A DNA stretch of 32,000 nucleotides from contig NZ_JAYFFI010000003.1 in assembly GCF_036289405.1 (NCBI RefSeq), positions 96,364 to 128,363 on the forward strand, given 5' to 3'. The stretch is from Pseudoramibacter faecis. Lineage in GTDB: Bacteria > Bacillota > Clostridia > Eubacteriales > Eubacteriaceae. Under the pieces are notes generated by a model that did not search any database, was not told the origin of the DNA, and was given only the letters and a program-made list of their open reading frames with translations. Below are positions 1 through 8,609 of this stretch, in pieces. The position numbers were made by a program, and so were the translations under genes. Position 1 is the stretch's first letter, and each line of letters starts with the position of its first letter.

Positions 1-971
1 CCGCCGTCATCTATGTCCTTTTCCTCCTTGATCTGTTCCACGCGATCAAGCGACGCCTCCATGGAGCGTATCATGGGCGTTAGCTGGCCCATGACTTCAA
101 CCGGTGTAAAGATGGAAAAGGAGGCAATCAAAATAACAGCCAAAGTCGGAAAATCGATTTCTCCACGCAGGGTGAGGAATTGAGCAGTGAGCATAATAGC
201 GCAGGCCGTTACGCGAAACACCATAGAATAGGCGACGTTCATCGGTGCAAATGCCCGTTCCAAAGCATAGGAAGCGTCAGCGGTCTTGTCATACGTTGTT
301 TCTATGCCGCTCAGATTCTTTTCTTCCATGTTGAATGACTTGATAACAGAAATTCCTTGCACATATTCAAGCGTGGCTTCTACAGCCTCTGCCTGAACGC
401 GGCGTTGGTTTGCGGTTAATTCCTTGCCTTTTACCTGCATTCGGCCATACACCAAAAAGGAGCAGAGGACGCCAAGGATAAAAATCAATCCAATCCGCCA
501 GTCAAACCACAGAATAAAGGCGCTGATAATCACCATACTCACCATGCCGGTTGTGATGCGGTCAAGGACGTGCATGGAATAATTCTCAAGGAAATTCAGA
601 TCCGTTGTGACGGTTGCCGTGATGTCTCCCATGTTTCGATCATGGAAGAATCCCATTGCAACATCTCTCAGCTTGTCGCCCAGGGAAAGCCGTTCCCGCG
701 CCACGAACTCAAAGCCTGCTGCACTCTGCAAGCTATGTATTCCATATTTGAAAACCATTCGTGCGAGCAGGGAGCCCCCTAAAATCCAAAGAATCGTTCT
801 CCAATCCTGCCCGGACAAAGCACCTGCCTGCAGCGTTGAAAGAACATAGAACACCGCCCCCATGGGAAACATGGTTGCGACAGAATCAAGGAAACTGCAA
901 ATAAAACCGACGTATATTTTTTTGGACAGATCACCGGAGAGCCGAAGAACTCTCCTGATTGCACTCAGCAT
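1..971 (-). CDS. ABC transporter permease/ATP-binding protein (type I exporter half-transporter), N-terminal membrane domain only; 3' end runs off the window
   Basis: Minus-strand frame is open from ATG 971-969 to the window edge. It is absent from the ORF track because it has no in-window stop. My translation MLSAIRRVLRLSGDLSKKIYVGFICSFLDSVATMFPMGAVFYVLS... is hydrophobic and exporter-TMD-like. The start lies 1 nt upstream of the TGA (967-965) of the preceding exporter gene, as in heterodimeric exporter pairs. Confidence 0.75.
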   Translation of the reverse strand, partial: MLSAIRRVLRLSGDLSKKIYVGFICSFLDSVATMFPMGAVFYVLSTLQAGALSGQDWRTILWILGGSLLARMVFKYGIHSLQSAAGFEFVARERLSLGDKLRDVAMGFFHDRNMGDITATVTTDLNFLENYSMHVLDRITTGMVSMVIISAFILWFDWRIGLIFILGVLCSFLVYGRMQVKGKELTANQRRVQAEAVEATLEYVQGISVIKSFNMEEKNLSGIETTYDKTADASYALERAFAPMNVAYSMVFRVTACAIMLTAQFLTLRGEIDFPTLAVILIASFSIFTPVEVMGQLTPMIRSMEASLDRVEQIKEEKDIDDG

Positions 972-2737
972 ATCTGTGTTACCTCCTGACTAATACTCCA
1001 ATCCATGGCGGAAATATGAGCTTTCCACATATCCAAATAGGTCTGTGAGGATGAAAGAAGCTGCTCATGGGTTCCTTTTGCAGAGACTTCCCCATCCTCC
1101 AAAACAATGATCTGATCGGCATACATGATGGTGGATAAACGATGTGCAATGACAATCAGGGTTTTTCCCTTTGTAAGCCGATCAATAGATCGCTGTATCT
1201 TATCCTCGTTTTCGGGGTCTGTAAAAGCGGTTGCTTCGTCAAGAATGACGATGGGAGCGTCTTTTAAGATCGCTCTCGCAATCGCGAGCCTCTGTCGCTC
1301 GCCCCCTGACAACCTTGATCCGGCATCCCCGGCGCTCGTATCATACCACTGCGGAAGCCGCCTAATAAATTCTCCGCAGCCTGCCTGCTCGGCAGCTTGT
1401 TCCACTTCTTCGTCAGAAGCGTCCGGCTTTCCAATGCGTATGTTGTCCCGTAAGCTCATGTTGAAGAGAAAATTATCCTGTGAAACGTAGCTGATTTGAT
1501 CGGAAAGCTCTGACAAGGAAATATGCCTGACGTCTACGCCGCCGATCTGTATCGTCCCCGCATTTATATCCCAAAAACGGGCAATGAGCTTCGCTAAAGT
1601 TGACTTTCCTGAGCCAGAAGGACCGACAAGCGCCGTAACCGTTCCCTCCTTTGCCGTAAAGGATACACCATGAATGACCTCGGTATCCCCATAACTGAAA
1701 TGAATGTCCTTTAACTCAATCTCGGCTCCACTTGGATGTTTGGGCTCCGTTGGGACAGGAAGCTCCTCCGCGTCCAAAAGCGCCTGAACACGCGGCTGGA
1801 TTTCATAAATTGCCGATATGTCTTGCCAAAACTCAATCATGGCCTGCAAGGAGCCTGCAAGCCCCATAGACAAAAGCAGGCATAAGATGACTTCGTTCAG
1901 CGTCACAGCTCCGCGTGACAGGATTGCGACACCAACAGGAAGAACAAAGGAAATGCTGGAAGTCATAACGGCCTGGCCAACACTCATATATGGATAACAA
2001 TGCCTGTACCAAGCCGTGGTAACATCCCGCACTTTCAAAACGGCGGCTTTGAAGCGGCCCATGGAGGATGCCGTTTGGTTAAACATGCGAATGACCTCCA
2101 TGCCGTTCACATATTCAACAATTGTCGCATTCATGTTTCCGTTTGCACTCATGTATTCCTTCATCATTTCTCCGCGCCCGAACATCATGCTGTAAAGGAT
2201 GATGTTGCCGAGAATCGCTGAGCCAAGAGAGGCAAGCGCCATGCGCCAGTCCACAAAAAGCAGATAAGCAAAGACCAGCAAGGGGATTAAAATGCTCGCC
2301 GTCATTTCAGGGATCGCATGGGCAATCTGTCCTTCCAAGCGATCCGTATCGTCGATCACAAGCTGCTTAAACTCCCCGGACGCCTTTTCCTGCACCGCGC
2401 CCATGGACATCTTCGACATCTTTTTCATAATCGTACAGCGTATGTTGCGAATGATCTCATACGCCGCCTTATGGGAGCACAGGGTGGATTTTGAGAACAG
2501 ATAAAATTTGAGAAAGTACCCCAGTAGAGCGGACAGCGAAAGCCCGACAGCCCATGCGAATGTCAGCTGATGGTCTAATGCTTTTCCCAGCAAAACTGCT
2601 ACGGAAATATAGGGTAGCAAGCCAAAGGCTGACGATAATACGGACAGCACAACGGAAATGCGAATCAACGCTTTCCGCTGTTTTGCAAAGCTCAGAATCC
2701 CTTTCAACGGGGATTCTCTTTTTTCTCTTTTGTCCAC
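965..2737 (-). CDS. ABC transporter ATP-binding protein/permease (type I exporter half-transporter)
   Basis: 590 aa with an N-terminal TM domain. Walker A GPSGSGKST, signature LSGGERQRLAIARA, Walker B IVILDEATAFTD. GTG start at 2737, 5 nt after GGAGGAGG. Confidence 0.9.
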   Translation of the reverse strand: MDKREKRESPLKGILSFAKQRKALIRISVVLSVLSSAFGLLPYISVAVLLGKALDHQLTFAWAVGLSLSALLGYFLKFYLFSKSTLCSHKAAYEIIRNIRCTIMKKMSKMSMGAVQEKASGEFKQLVIDDTDRLEGQIAHAIPEMTASILIPLLVFAYLLFVDWRMALASLGSAILGNIILYSMMFGRGEMMKEYMSANGNMNATIVEYVNGMEVIRMFNQTASSMGRFKAAVLKVRDVTTAWYRHCYPYMSVGQAVMTSSISFVLPVGVAILSRGAVTLNEVILCLLLSMGLAGSLQAMIEFWQDISAIYEIQPRVQALLDAEELPVPTEPKHPSGAEIELKDIHFSYGDTEVIHGVSFTAKEGTVTALVGPSGSGKSTLAKLIARFWDINAGTIQIGGVDVRHISLSELSDQISYVSQDNFLFNMSLRDNIRIGKPDASDEEVEQAAEQAGCGEFIRRLPQWYDTSAGDAGSRLSGGERQRLAIARAILKDAPIVILDEATAFTDPENEDKIQRSIDRLTKGKTLIVIAHRLSTIMYADQIIVLEDGEVSAKGTHEQLLSSSQTYLDMWKAHISAMDWSISQEVTQIC

Positions 2738-2752
2738 ATTGACCTCCTCCTG

Positions 2753-4174
2753 CTATGATAGCACGATTGTTTGATCGGTTAAGTCATTCAAAAACTCTGC
2801 ATCGTGCGTTACGATAAGAATTAGTTTTCCCTGAGCCTTTATCTTGCGCAGGGCTTCTTTCAAATTCTGCATATTGCGTCCATCCAGGCCGCTGGTGGGC
2901 TCGTCCAGTACCAGGATATCTGCTCCAGCGGCCAATGCCGCAGCAATTGTGACGCGCTGCTTTTGCCCGCCGGAGAGAGAAAGCGGGTGGCGATCCTTAT
3001 ATCCCTCAAGGCCGAAGCGGTTTAGGAGTTCTGTAATTTTCTGAGGATCGGCTTTACGGCGTTTTGACTGCCGCTTGCGGTCTGCAAGCTGTATCTCGTG
3101 TAAAACGCTCTCCGTAAAAAGCTGATAGTCTGCATCCTGTATGACCATATATGCGCTTTTACACAGTTCCTTTGCTCCAACTTTCTTTCCGTTTAAGGTA
3201 ATAATGCCGTCACTTGGCGTAAGAAGCCCGCATAGGGTCTTTGCAAGCGTTGTTTTCCCCGAGCCGTTCTTTCCGACGATCCCAACGATTTTTCCTTGCT
3301 TTCCCCAGGAAAACCGGAACGTCATATCACGGATAATTCTCTGCCTGCCATAAGAAACGGTCAGCCCTTCGCAAGACAGTTCATTTTCCCCGCTGTCAGA
3401 CGAATCAGACCGGAAATGGATATCATACTCGCATAAGCTCCGCAGGCCATATTGCCTCAGGTCATCCTCGGACAGTTGTTTGGCGTTTTCTGCGCTCCAT
3501 ATCTGCTGGATCTCTCCTTTCGCCATATACACATAGCGGTCTGCGATTCCGTCAAGCCATGATAGTCGATGCTCTGATACGATCAGCGTTTTCCCTTCGG
3601 CTTTTAGCGCGGACAGCATTTTTCTTATATCCTGAATGGAGCTTTCATCAAGATTGGCCGTGGGCTCATCCAGCAGGATCACGTCCGTTGACATGGCATA
3701 CACCGAGGCTATGGCGAGCTTCTGTTTTTCTCCGCTGGACAGCATAAAAAGGCTTCTGTCTTTCAGTCTTCCGATATTCAAATGCGAGAAGGCGTTTTCA
3801 ACGTTTTCGTTGATTCTCTCCGTAGACAAGGACAGATTCTCACAGCCAAACGCAATTTCATCCGTGGAGTTGACAGTAAAAAACTGTGAACGGGGGTCCT
3901 GAAAGACTGTGCTTATGTGTGCGCTGACCTCATATTGTTCAAGTCCTTCATAAGAAGTTTCCCTGAAAAACAGCTCGCCTGACAGCTTTCCTTCATAAAA
4001 TTCGGGGATCAATCCATTCAGGCAGCGGAGCAAGGTTGTCTTTCCGCACCCGCTTTCCCCTGTCAGAACAAGACACTCGCCTTGTTTGACTTGCAGATTG
4101 ACATTCTTCAACGCGTCTCCCTGTGCAGCCGCTTCGTACTGGAAGCAGAGGTCTTTGATTGTTATGATATTCAT
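2753..4174 (-). CDS. ECF transporter ATPase, fused duplicate (EcfA-EcfA' type)
   Basis: 473 aa with two complete ABC cassettes: GESGCGKTT / LSSGEKQKLAIA / ILLDEPTANLD and GKNGSGKTT / LSGGQKQRVTIAAAL / LVLDEPTSGLD. ATGA start/stop overlap with the upstream T-component gene. Confidence 0.9.
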   Translation of the reverse strand: MNIITIKDLCFQYEAAAQGDALKNVNLQVKQGECLVLTGESGCGKTTLLRCLNGLIPEFYEGKLSGELFFRETSYEGLEQYEVSAHISTVFQDPRSQFFTVNSTDEIAFGCENLSLSTERINENVENAFSHLNIGRLKDRSLFMLSSGEKQKLAIASVYAMSTDVILLDEPTANLDESSIQDIRKMLSALKAEGKTLIVSEHRLSWLDGIADRYVYMAKGEIQQIWSAENAKQLSEDDLRQYGLRSLCEYDIHFRSDSSDSGENELSCEGLTVSYGRQRIIRDMTFRFSWGKQGKIVGIVGKNGSGKTTLAKTLCGLLTPSDGIITLNGKKVGAKELCKSAYMVIQDADYQLFTESVLHEIQLADRKRQSKRRKADPQKITELLNRFGLEGYKDRHPLSLSGGQKQRVTIAAALAAGADILVLDEPTSGLDGRNMQNLKEALRKIKAQGKLILIVTHDAEFLNDLTDQTIVLS

Positions 4175-4878
4175 GCCAAACCTCCCAACAGCCCGAAACG
4201 TCCACAGGATAATGCCGCCAGATTACTGCCGACAACAAGCAGCAGATAGAATATATCTCTGAATCTTATTTTCATAGGGATACGCATCCCCCTGGGCGCT
4301 GGATTTTCTATTGCCCTTGTAACGGCGGCTGCAGCCAGCTCGTCCGCAACCTTGACGCAGCGCATCATAAAAGGGACAAGCATGTACTCGGTCGTTAAAG
4401 CCGGGGCTTTCAAAAAGGTTGAGACGGTCAAAGGAACGCCCCGCGTTCTCATGGCGTCTTTAATCTGAGACAGTTCCTGCCGGATCGTGGGTATGAAGCG
4501 CAGGGCGATTGCCAGCGCAAGCGAAGTTGATTTTGGGCAATGCAGTTTTTGCAGGCCCACCATCAGCTCGCTTACGCTCATGCTTTTTAACGACAACAGA
4601 ATGACCCCGATCAATGGAGACATCTTTCGCAGCAGGAAAATCGGTCTTTCAATCGCTTGTGGCATGCCTAAATGAGATACCAACGCATACAGCCCGGCAA
4701 TAAAGCAAAACCAGAGTCCGAGCCTGACCGCCTCTTTTGGCAGACGAAGATAAAGCAGAAAACCCATTAAAAATGCTATTTCAACGGCCATCCCCACTGG
4801 CGAGAAAATCCAGAAGATGCACACCCCGGAAACTATGATTTGGACAATAAGAATCCGTGGGTCAATGCGATACATCAT
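4171..4878 (-). CDS. ECF transporter transmembrane (T) component, CbiQ/EcfT family
   Basis: 235 aa polytopic membrane protein with a CbiQ-like motif (IKDAMRTRGVPL). Sits between the S component and the ECF ATPase, with overlapping start/stop codons on both sides. Confidence 0.8.
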   Translation of the reverse strand: MMYRIDPRILIVQIIVSGVCIFWIFSPVGMAVEIAFLMGFLLYLRLPKEAVRLGLWFCFIAGLYALVSHLGMPQAIERPIFLLRKMSPLIGVILLSLKSMSVSELMVGLQKLHCPKSTSLALAIALRFIPTIRQELSQIKDAMRTRGVPLTVSTFLKAPALTTEYMLVPFMMRCVKVADELAAAAVTRAIENPAPRGMRIPMKIRFRDIFYLLLVVGSNLAALSCGRFGLLGGLA

Positions 4879-5462
4879 ACGACACCGGCTTTTTCAAAAT
4901 GCTTTTTCAGGAGTGCTTTCGCAATGACGGCACCGAGGATAATGGCTATAATCGTTACGGGAATGGCTATGTATCCGGTAGGCGTATGAGCGGCGGCGAT
5001 CAGCGCGTCAGAGGTCTCCGCAGGATAGCCCAGTCTGTAAACATAGGCGGGATAATAGTAAATCGGAGCAATCGCGCCGAGATAGTAAGCAACTGTGTAC
5101 AATCCGAAAGAAACAGTGAGAGCCTTATAACTCTGATACCTTGTCCTGTTCACAAGGATTTCTCCGACGATCCCAAGAACGATCATCCAAATCAAAACAA
5201 AGAAGCCGCCAAAAAGTACCCATAGGATTCCTACAAGAGCGCAAATGCCGATTACGGCACCTTTCTTGCGCACTTTTGCCATCACAAGCATATACAAAGG
5301 TGCGGAAAAAAGGGAGATAATTGCAACGGAATACATCTGCACGGTCATACTCAAGGCCATCAGAGAACCTGCCAGCATGGTGATGACAAAAAGCAATGCG
5401 CCAAAGATACCGATCATTGCAATGTCTTTCATCTTCATCCGGTTTTCTTTTGTGTTACTCAT
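4875..5462 (-). CDS. Putative ECF transporter S component, MptD / Trep_Strep family
   Basis: 195 aa, very hydrophobic, with a basic C-terminal tail (LLKKHFEKAG). First gene of the S-T-AA'-exporter-exporter operon. AAGGAGG lies 9 nt before ATG 5462. Family call is from memory of the TIGR02185-type description. Confidence 0.6.
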   Translation of the reverse strand: MSNTKENRMKMKDIAMIGIFGALLFVITMLAGSLMALSMTVQMYSVAIISLFSAPLYMLVMAKVRKKGAVIGICALVGILWVLFGGFFVLIWMIVLGIVGEILVNRTRYQSYKALTVSFGLYTVAYYLGAIAPIYYYPAYVYRLGYPAETSDALIAAAHTPTGYIAIPVTIIAIILGAVIAKALLKKHFEKAGVV

Positions 5463-5565
5463 TTAGAGTACCTCCTTATCAATTTTGATTAGACTAAGCT
5501 AACTGATATAAGAATACCAATAAATTGCCTCTCTGCGTGTCACATTCCGAAGTTTCCATGTCACC

Positions 5566-5602
5566 AAAAGAAAAACCTCACGCATCCATTGGGAGCGTGA
5601 GG
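5566..5602 (-). terminator. Rho-independent terminator after the AraC gene
   Basis: Minus strand reads CCTCACGC-11 nt loop-GCGTGAGG followed by TTTTTCTTTT, starting 16 nt after the AraC stop codon. Confidence 0.6.
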
Positions 5603-5618
5603 TAATGGGGCTAGACGG

Positions 5619-6611
5619 CTATTTATTTGTTTTTAGCATTTCTCCTGGAGATATTCCGTAGTGCTTACGAAAAAGATTGATAAAATAGCCCGTATGGGAA
5701 TACCCAACCATCCAGGCGACATCATGGACGGTATACTGTCCTTTTTTTAGGAGCATTTGAGCCGTTTCCATTCGTTTTTGCACGATATATTCATTGACAG
5801 TTACACCAAAGCAATGCTTGAAGCCTTCTTTTAGAAGCTGCTCGTTCATCGCTGCCGCTTTTGCCAATTCTGAAATCGTAAGTGGATGCGCATGTTTTTT
5901 ACTGATAATATCTCTGGCTTTCAAAAGAGCGTCGTAGTCATTACTGCTTATACGTATGCCAAAATCATTCCGTGGAGAGCGGCAAATCACTTCATCGCAA
6001 TACACAGCCAAAAGCTCAAACACTTTTCCATGAAGATATATTTTTTTAAGATCATCAGGCAGGTGGCAGCCTATGATTTCTGCCAGGATTTTCGCAACAT
6101 TGGGCGTGTATGTATAAAGCCTTGCCGGGAGGCTTTTGTTCATATCAAACAATGCGCCGCGTTCCCGGATGCTTGAGATAATGCTGCCAAAGGCACCTTC
6201 TTCCACCGTGATGCTGATGCTCTGGAACCGTCTGTTTTTTTCTATTTTGCTTTTGCATTCCTGAATAACGCCATATCTGACCTGACTTTGCTGCGCCCCG
6301 ATGCAGAATGGATAAATAATCCCATCCTTCTTATAAATCCATTCCATCTGCCCTTCCATACAGAAAGAAAGCTGAAACAAGTTCAGATCCGCATGTGTTG
6401 TTGTCATCTCAATATCATCATAAGCGACAAAATCTGAGATCGTCAAAACAAGTCCCGGCACTACCTCGACATTATCATATGTTCCAATGAGCATATCGCG
6501 TGAAATGCGGTAGTTGGACTCATCAACCTTGCTGGCTTTCTGTGGAAGGCTTGGTGAATGTATATTGACAGATGTGGGTACATACCTGGGATTTGGATAG
6601 GATAGAATCAT
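5619..6611 (-). CDS. AraC family transcriptional regulator
   Basis: 330 aa. The C-terminal roughly 100 aa form a typical AraC double HTH (LTISELAKAAAMNEQLLKEGFKHCFGVTVNEYIVQKRMETAQMLL...GYSHTGYFINLFRKHYGISPGE). The N-terminal domain has no family I recognise. Confidence 0.85.
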   Translation of the reverse strand: MILSYPNPRYVPTSVNIHSPSLPQKASKVDESNYRISRDMLIGTYDNVEVVPGLVLTISDFVAYDDIEMTTTHADLNLFQLSFCMEGQMEWIYKKDGIIYPFCIGAQQSQVRYGVIQECKSKIEKNRRFQSISITVEEGAFGSIISSIRERGALFDMNKSLPARLYTYTPNVAKILAEIIGCHLPDDLKKIYLHGKVFELLAVYCDEVICRSPRNDFGIRISSNDYDALLKARDIISKKHAHPLTISELAKAAAMNEQLLKEGFKHCFGVTVNEYIVQKRMETAQMLLKKGQYTVHDVAWMVGYSHTGYFINLFRKHYGISPGEMLKTNK

Positions 6612-6657
6612 TTATATCACCACCTCTCAAAGGATGCGGTTAGAGACTGCTAACTAT

Positions 6658-6686
6658 ATTATACCCCGTCATGTCAAGTTTGGCAA
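6658..6686 (-). promoter_or_regulatory. Sigma-A type promoter of the AraC gene
   Basis: Minus strand: TTGCCA (6686-6681), 17-nt spacer, TATAAT (6663-6658). GAGGTGGTGA RBS sits upstream of ATG 6611. Confidence 0.45.
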
Positions 6687-6764
6687 AAACATATATATAT
6701 GAAAAAGTGCGAAACTGCTTTTTTCTGTCTCTGATAACCTTATCCATGCAAACATGCTATGTAC

Positions 6765-6794
6765 GGTGAAAAGAGCTCCCACGCTCTTTTCACC
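6765..6794 (-). terminator. Perfect 12-bp hairpin immediately after the hydrolase stop codon
   Basis: GGTGAAAAGAGC-6 nt-GCTCTTTTCACC lies 4 nt from the TAA at 6801-6799. The T-run is on the plus-strand side only, so its role as a minus-strand terminator is uncertain. It marks the last GC-rich-block sequence before the AT-rich AraC promoter region. Confidence 0.3.
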
Positions 6795-6798
6795 CTTT

Positions 6799-8539
6799 TT
6801 AATAAGCAGGCAACCCATATCCGTAGATGCTGCTGCTCCCCACGGTGTACTGCTGCTGTCGGCAGGCGTCACCGGAGTTGCCCTCTACGGTATGGACCAC
6901 GCCATTCTCACAGTATTCCACGATGCCCACATGGTCAATGCTGCCATCCGCGCCCCAGTCAAAAAAGATGATGTCCCCGGCCATCGGTTCATGGTTTCGG
7001 TCCTGCCACTGTCCCTGCGTTTTGAACCAGTTCACGCCATCGGAGCAGAGGGAAACCTTCGGAATGATCCCCGCCTCGATGTAGCCGCACTCCTCCGCAC
7101 ACCAACTTACAAAGCAGGCACACCATTCCACGCGGCCGCTAAACCCATACCAGGACCAGTAAGGCTGCCCACCCTGCTGTCCGAGCTGAGACAATGCCAG
7201 TTCCACAATAGCCTGGTTGCCAAAGCCCATGCTGAACGCCCGGCCATAGGGATAGTAGCGCAGGACGTGTGCCACATACTGCTTGTCTCCGTAACTGCTC
7301 CAGCCCATCTTTGCTGCCATCTTGTCGGAAAATTCCGAGGCGTTGGCTACAGAGTAGCCGCCGTAGTTACGAATCGCCCAGGTGATATAGCCGCTCCCGA
7401 AGTTGTAGCCCTGCAGGGCCAGTTTGATGTGTTCCATATCCACCGGGTTTTCCACTCCGGCAGCCTCCAGGGCGGCTTTTAACTCTTGCACGCCGCACTC
7501 CACAGAATATTCCGGGTCGGTGATCCCATTTGGCACATGAGGATAGCGGGTGTTAAAGCCGCCCTCCGCCGCCTGCATGGAGTCAAGCCCCCGGCCCCCC
7601 GGACTCCTGCATCATCACGGCTTTGATGAGTTCCACATATTCCGGGATGCCGTACTGCTGGGCATACTTGCGGATCATGAGGTCGTAGGCTTCCACCTCG
7701 GCGCTCACCGGCGTATAGGTGCTGCTGCGGCTCCCGCCGCCAAAGATTGACACTGCACAGCCCAAAAGCACAACGATCAGGATAATCACCACGGCAATCC
7801 AGCCACACGCAAGGATGGCGGAGAGCAGCGTCATACCCGCAAGGATGGCCCGGACCGCTCTTGCCGCAGCCTGTGCCGTCCGTTTGGCTGCCTTAGCCGC
7901 CTTCTGTATTGCTGCTCTTGCAACTTGTGCTGTTTTCTGTGCTGTCTTTGTGGCTGCCTGGGCACTTTTGGACGCCTGCTGTCCTGTTTTTACAGCGGTT
8001 TTGGATGCCATCTCCGCTGTCTTGACAGAGCGCCCGGTTTCTTTTGCCCCTCGCTTCAGCGTGTTTACTGTGGCGTTTCCGGCAGAGCGTGCCGACTGGC
8101 GCACGGAAAGCGGGCTTTGACCACGTGTCCGGATGGGGACGTTCTCTCTTTGGATGATCTGGCCTGCGATCTGTTCTGTCGTTTTCCCGCCTGAGCGGGT
8201 CGCCTGCTTGGTCTGTTCCCGCGCCTGTCGGAGTGGCCGCTCGGCTTTTCTCTGCTTGAAATACTCCTTTGCTTTAGAGAGATTGTCCGCTGTCTCCTTG
8301 ACAGCCTTGCGCCCACGTTTGTCAAACTGGTGCCCGGCCTCATGGAGCGCGGAACCCGACAGGGTAGAAACCCGGTCCGTGGCATATTCCTCCGGGGAGT
8401 TCTCTGCCCTGTAATAGCCGTGCTCTGCCTTATCTTTCACACGCACACATGCGTCCTTCATGCGCTGGGCGACTACGGCGGACTTATCGATGGTTTTCAC
8501 CGTGCCCTTCAGCACATCCCGCGTCTTGATCTGCGGCAT
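6799..8539 (-). pseudogene. Cell-wall hydrolase of conjugative elements (CD1108 type: coiled/TM N-terminus, lysozyme-like domain, CHAP/NlpC-P60 domain), split by a frameshift
   Basis: ORF 7583-8539 ends ...AVMMQESGGPGA*. ORF 6799-7578 starts MQAAEGGFN... and carries the rest of the lysozyme-like domain plus CHAP (WCACFVSWC, DHVGIVE). Removing one G from the G6 run (plus-strand C6 at 7595-7600) gives a continuous MMQESGGRGLDSMQAAEGGFN. Confidence 0.8.
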
Positions 8540-8555
8540 AACTCATCACCTCCCG

Positions 8556-8586
8556 AAAAAAAGCAGAGCGGCAGGGTGTGCCGCTC
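8556..8586 (-). terminator. Intrinsic terminator/attenuator between the VirB4 and hydrolase genes
   Basis: Minus strand: GAGCGGC-7 nt-GCCGCTC, then TGC and a T7 run, directly upstream of the hydrolase RBS GGGAGGTG. Confidence 0.5.
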
Positions 8587-8609
8587 CACAACGATATACA
8601 CATTTTCTC

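Noticed and set aside
6672-6677. Perfect TTGACA (minus strand) upstream of the AraC gene as the -35 box
   Set aside because: It lies only 8 nt from the TATAAT box, which is too close. The TTGCCA hexamer 17 nt upstream fits canonical spacing instead.
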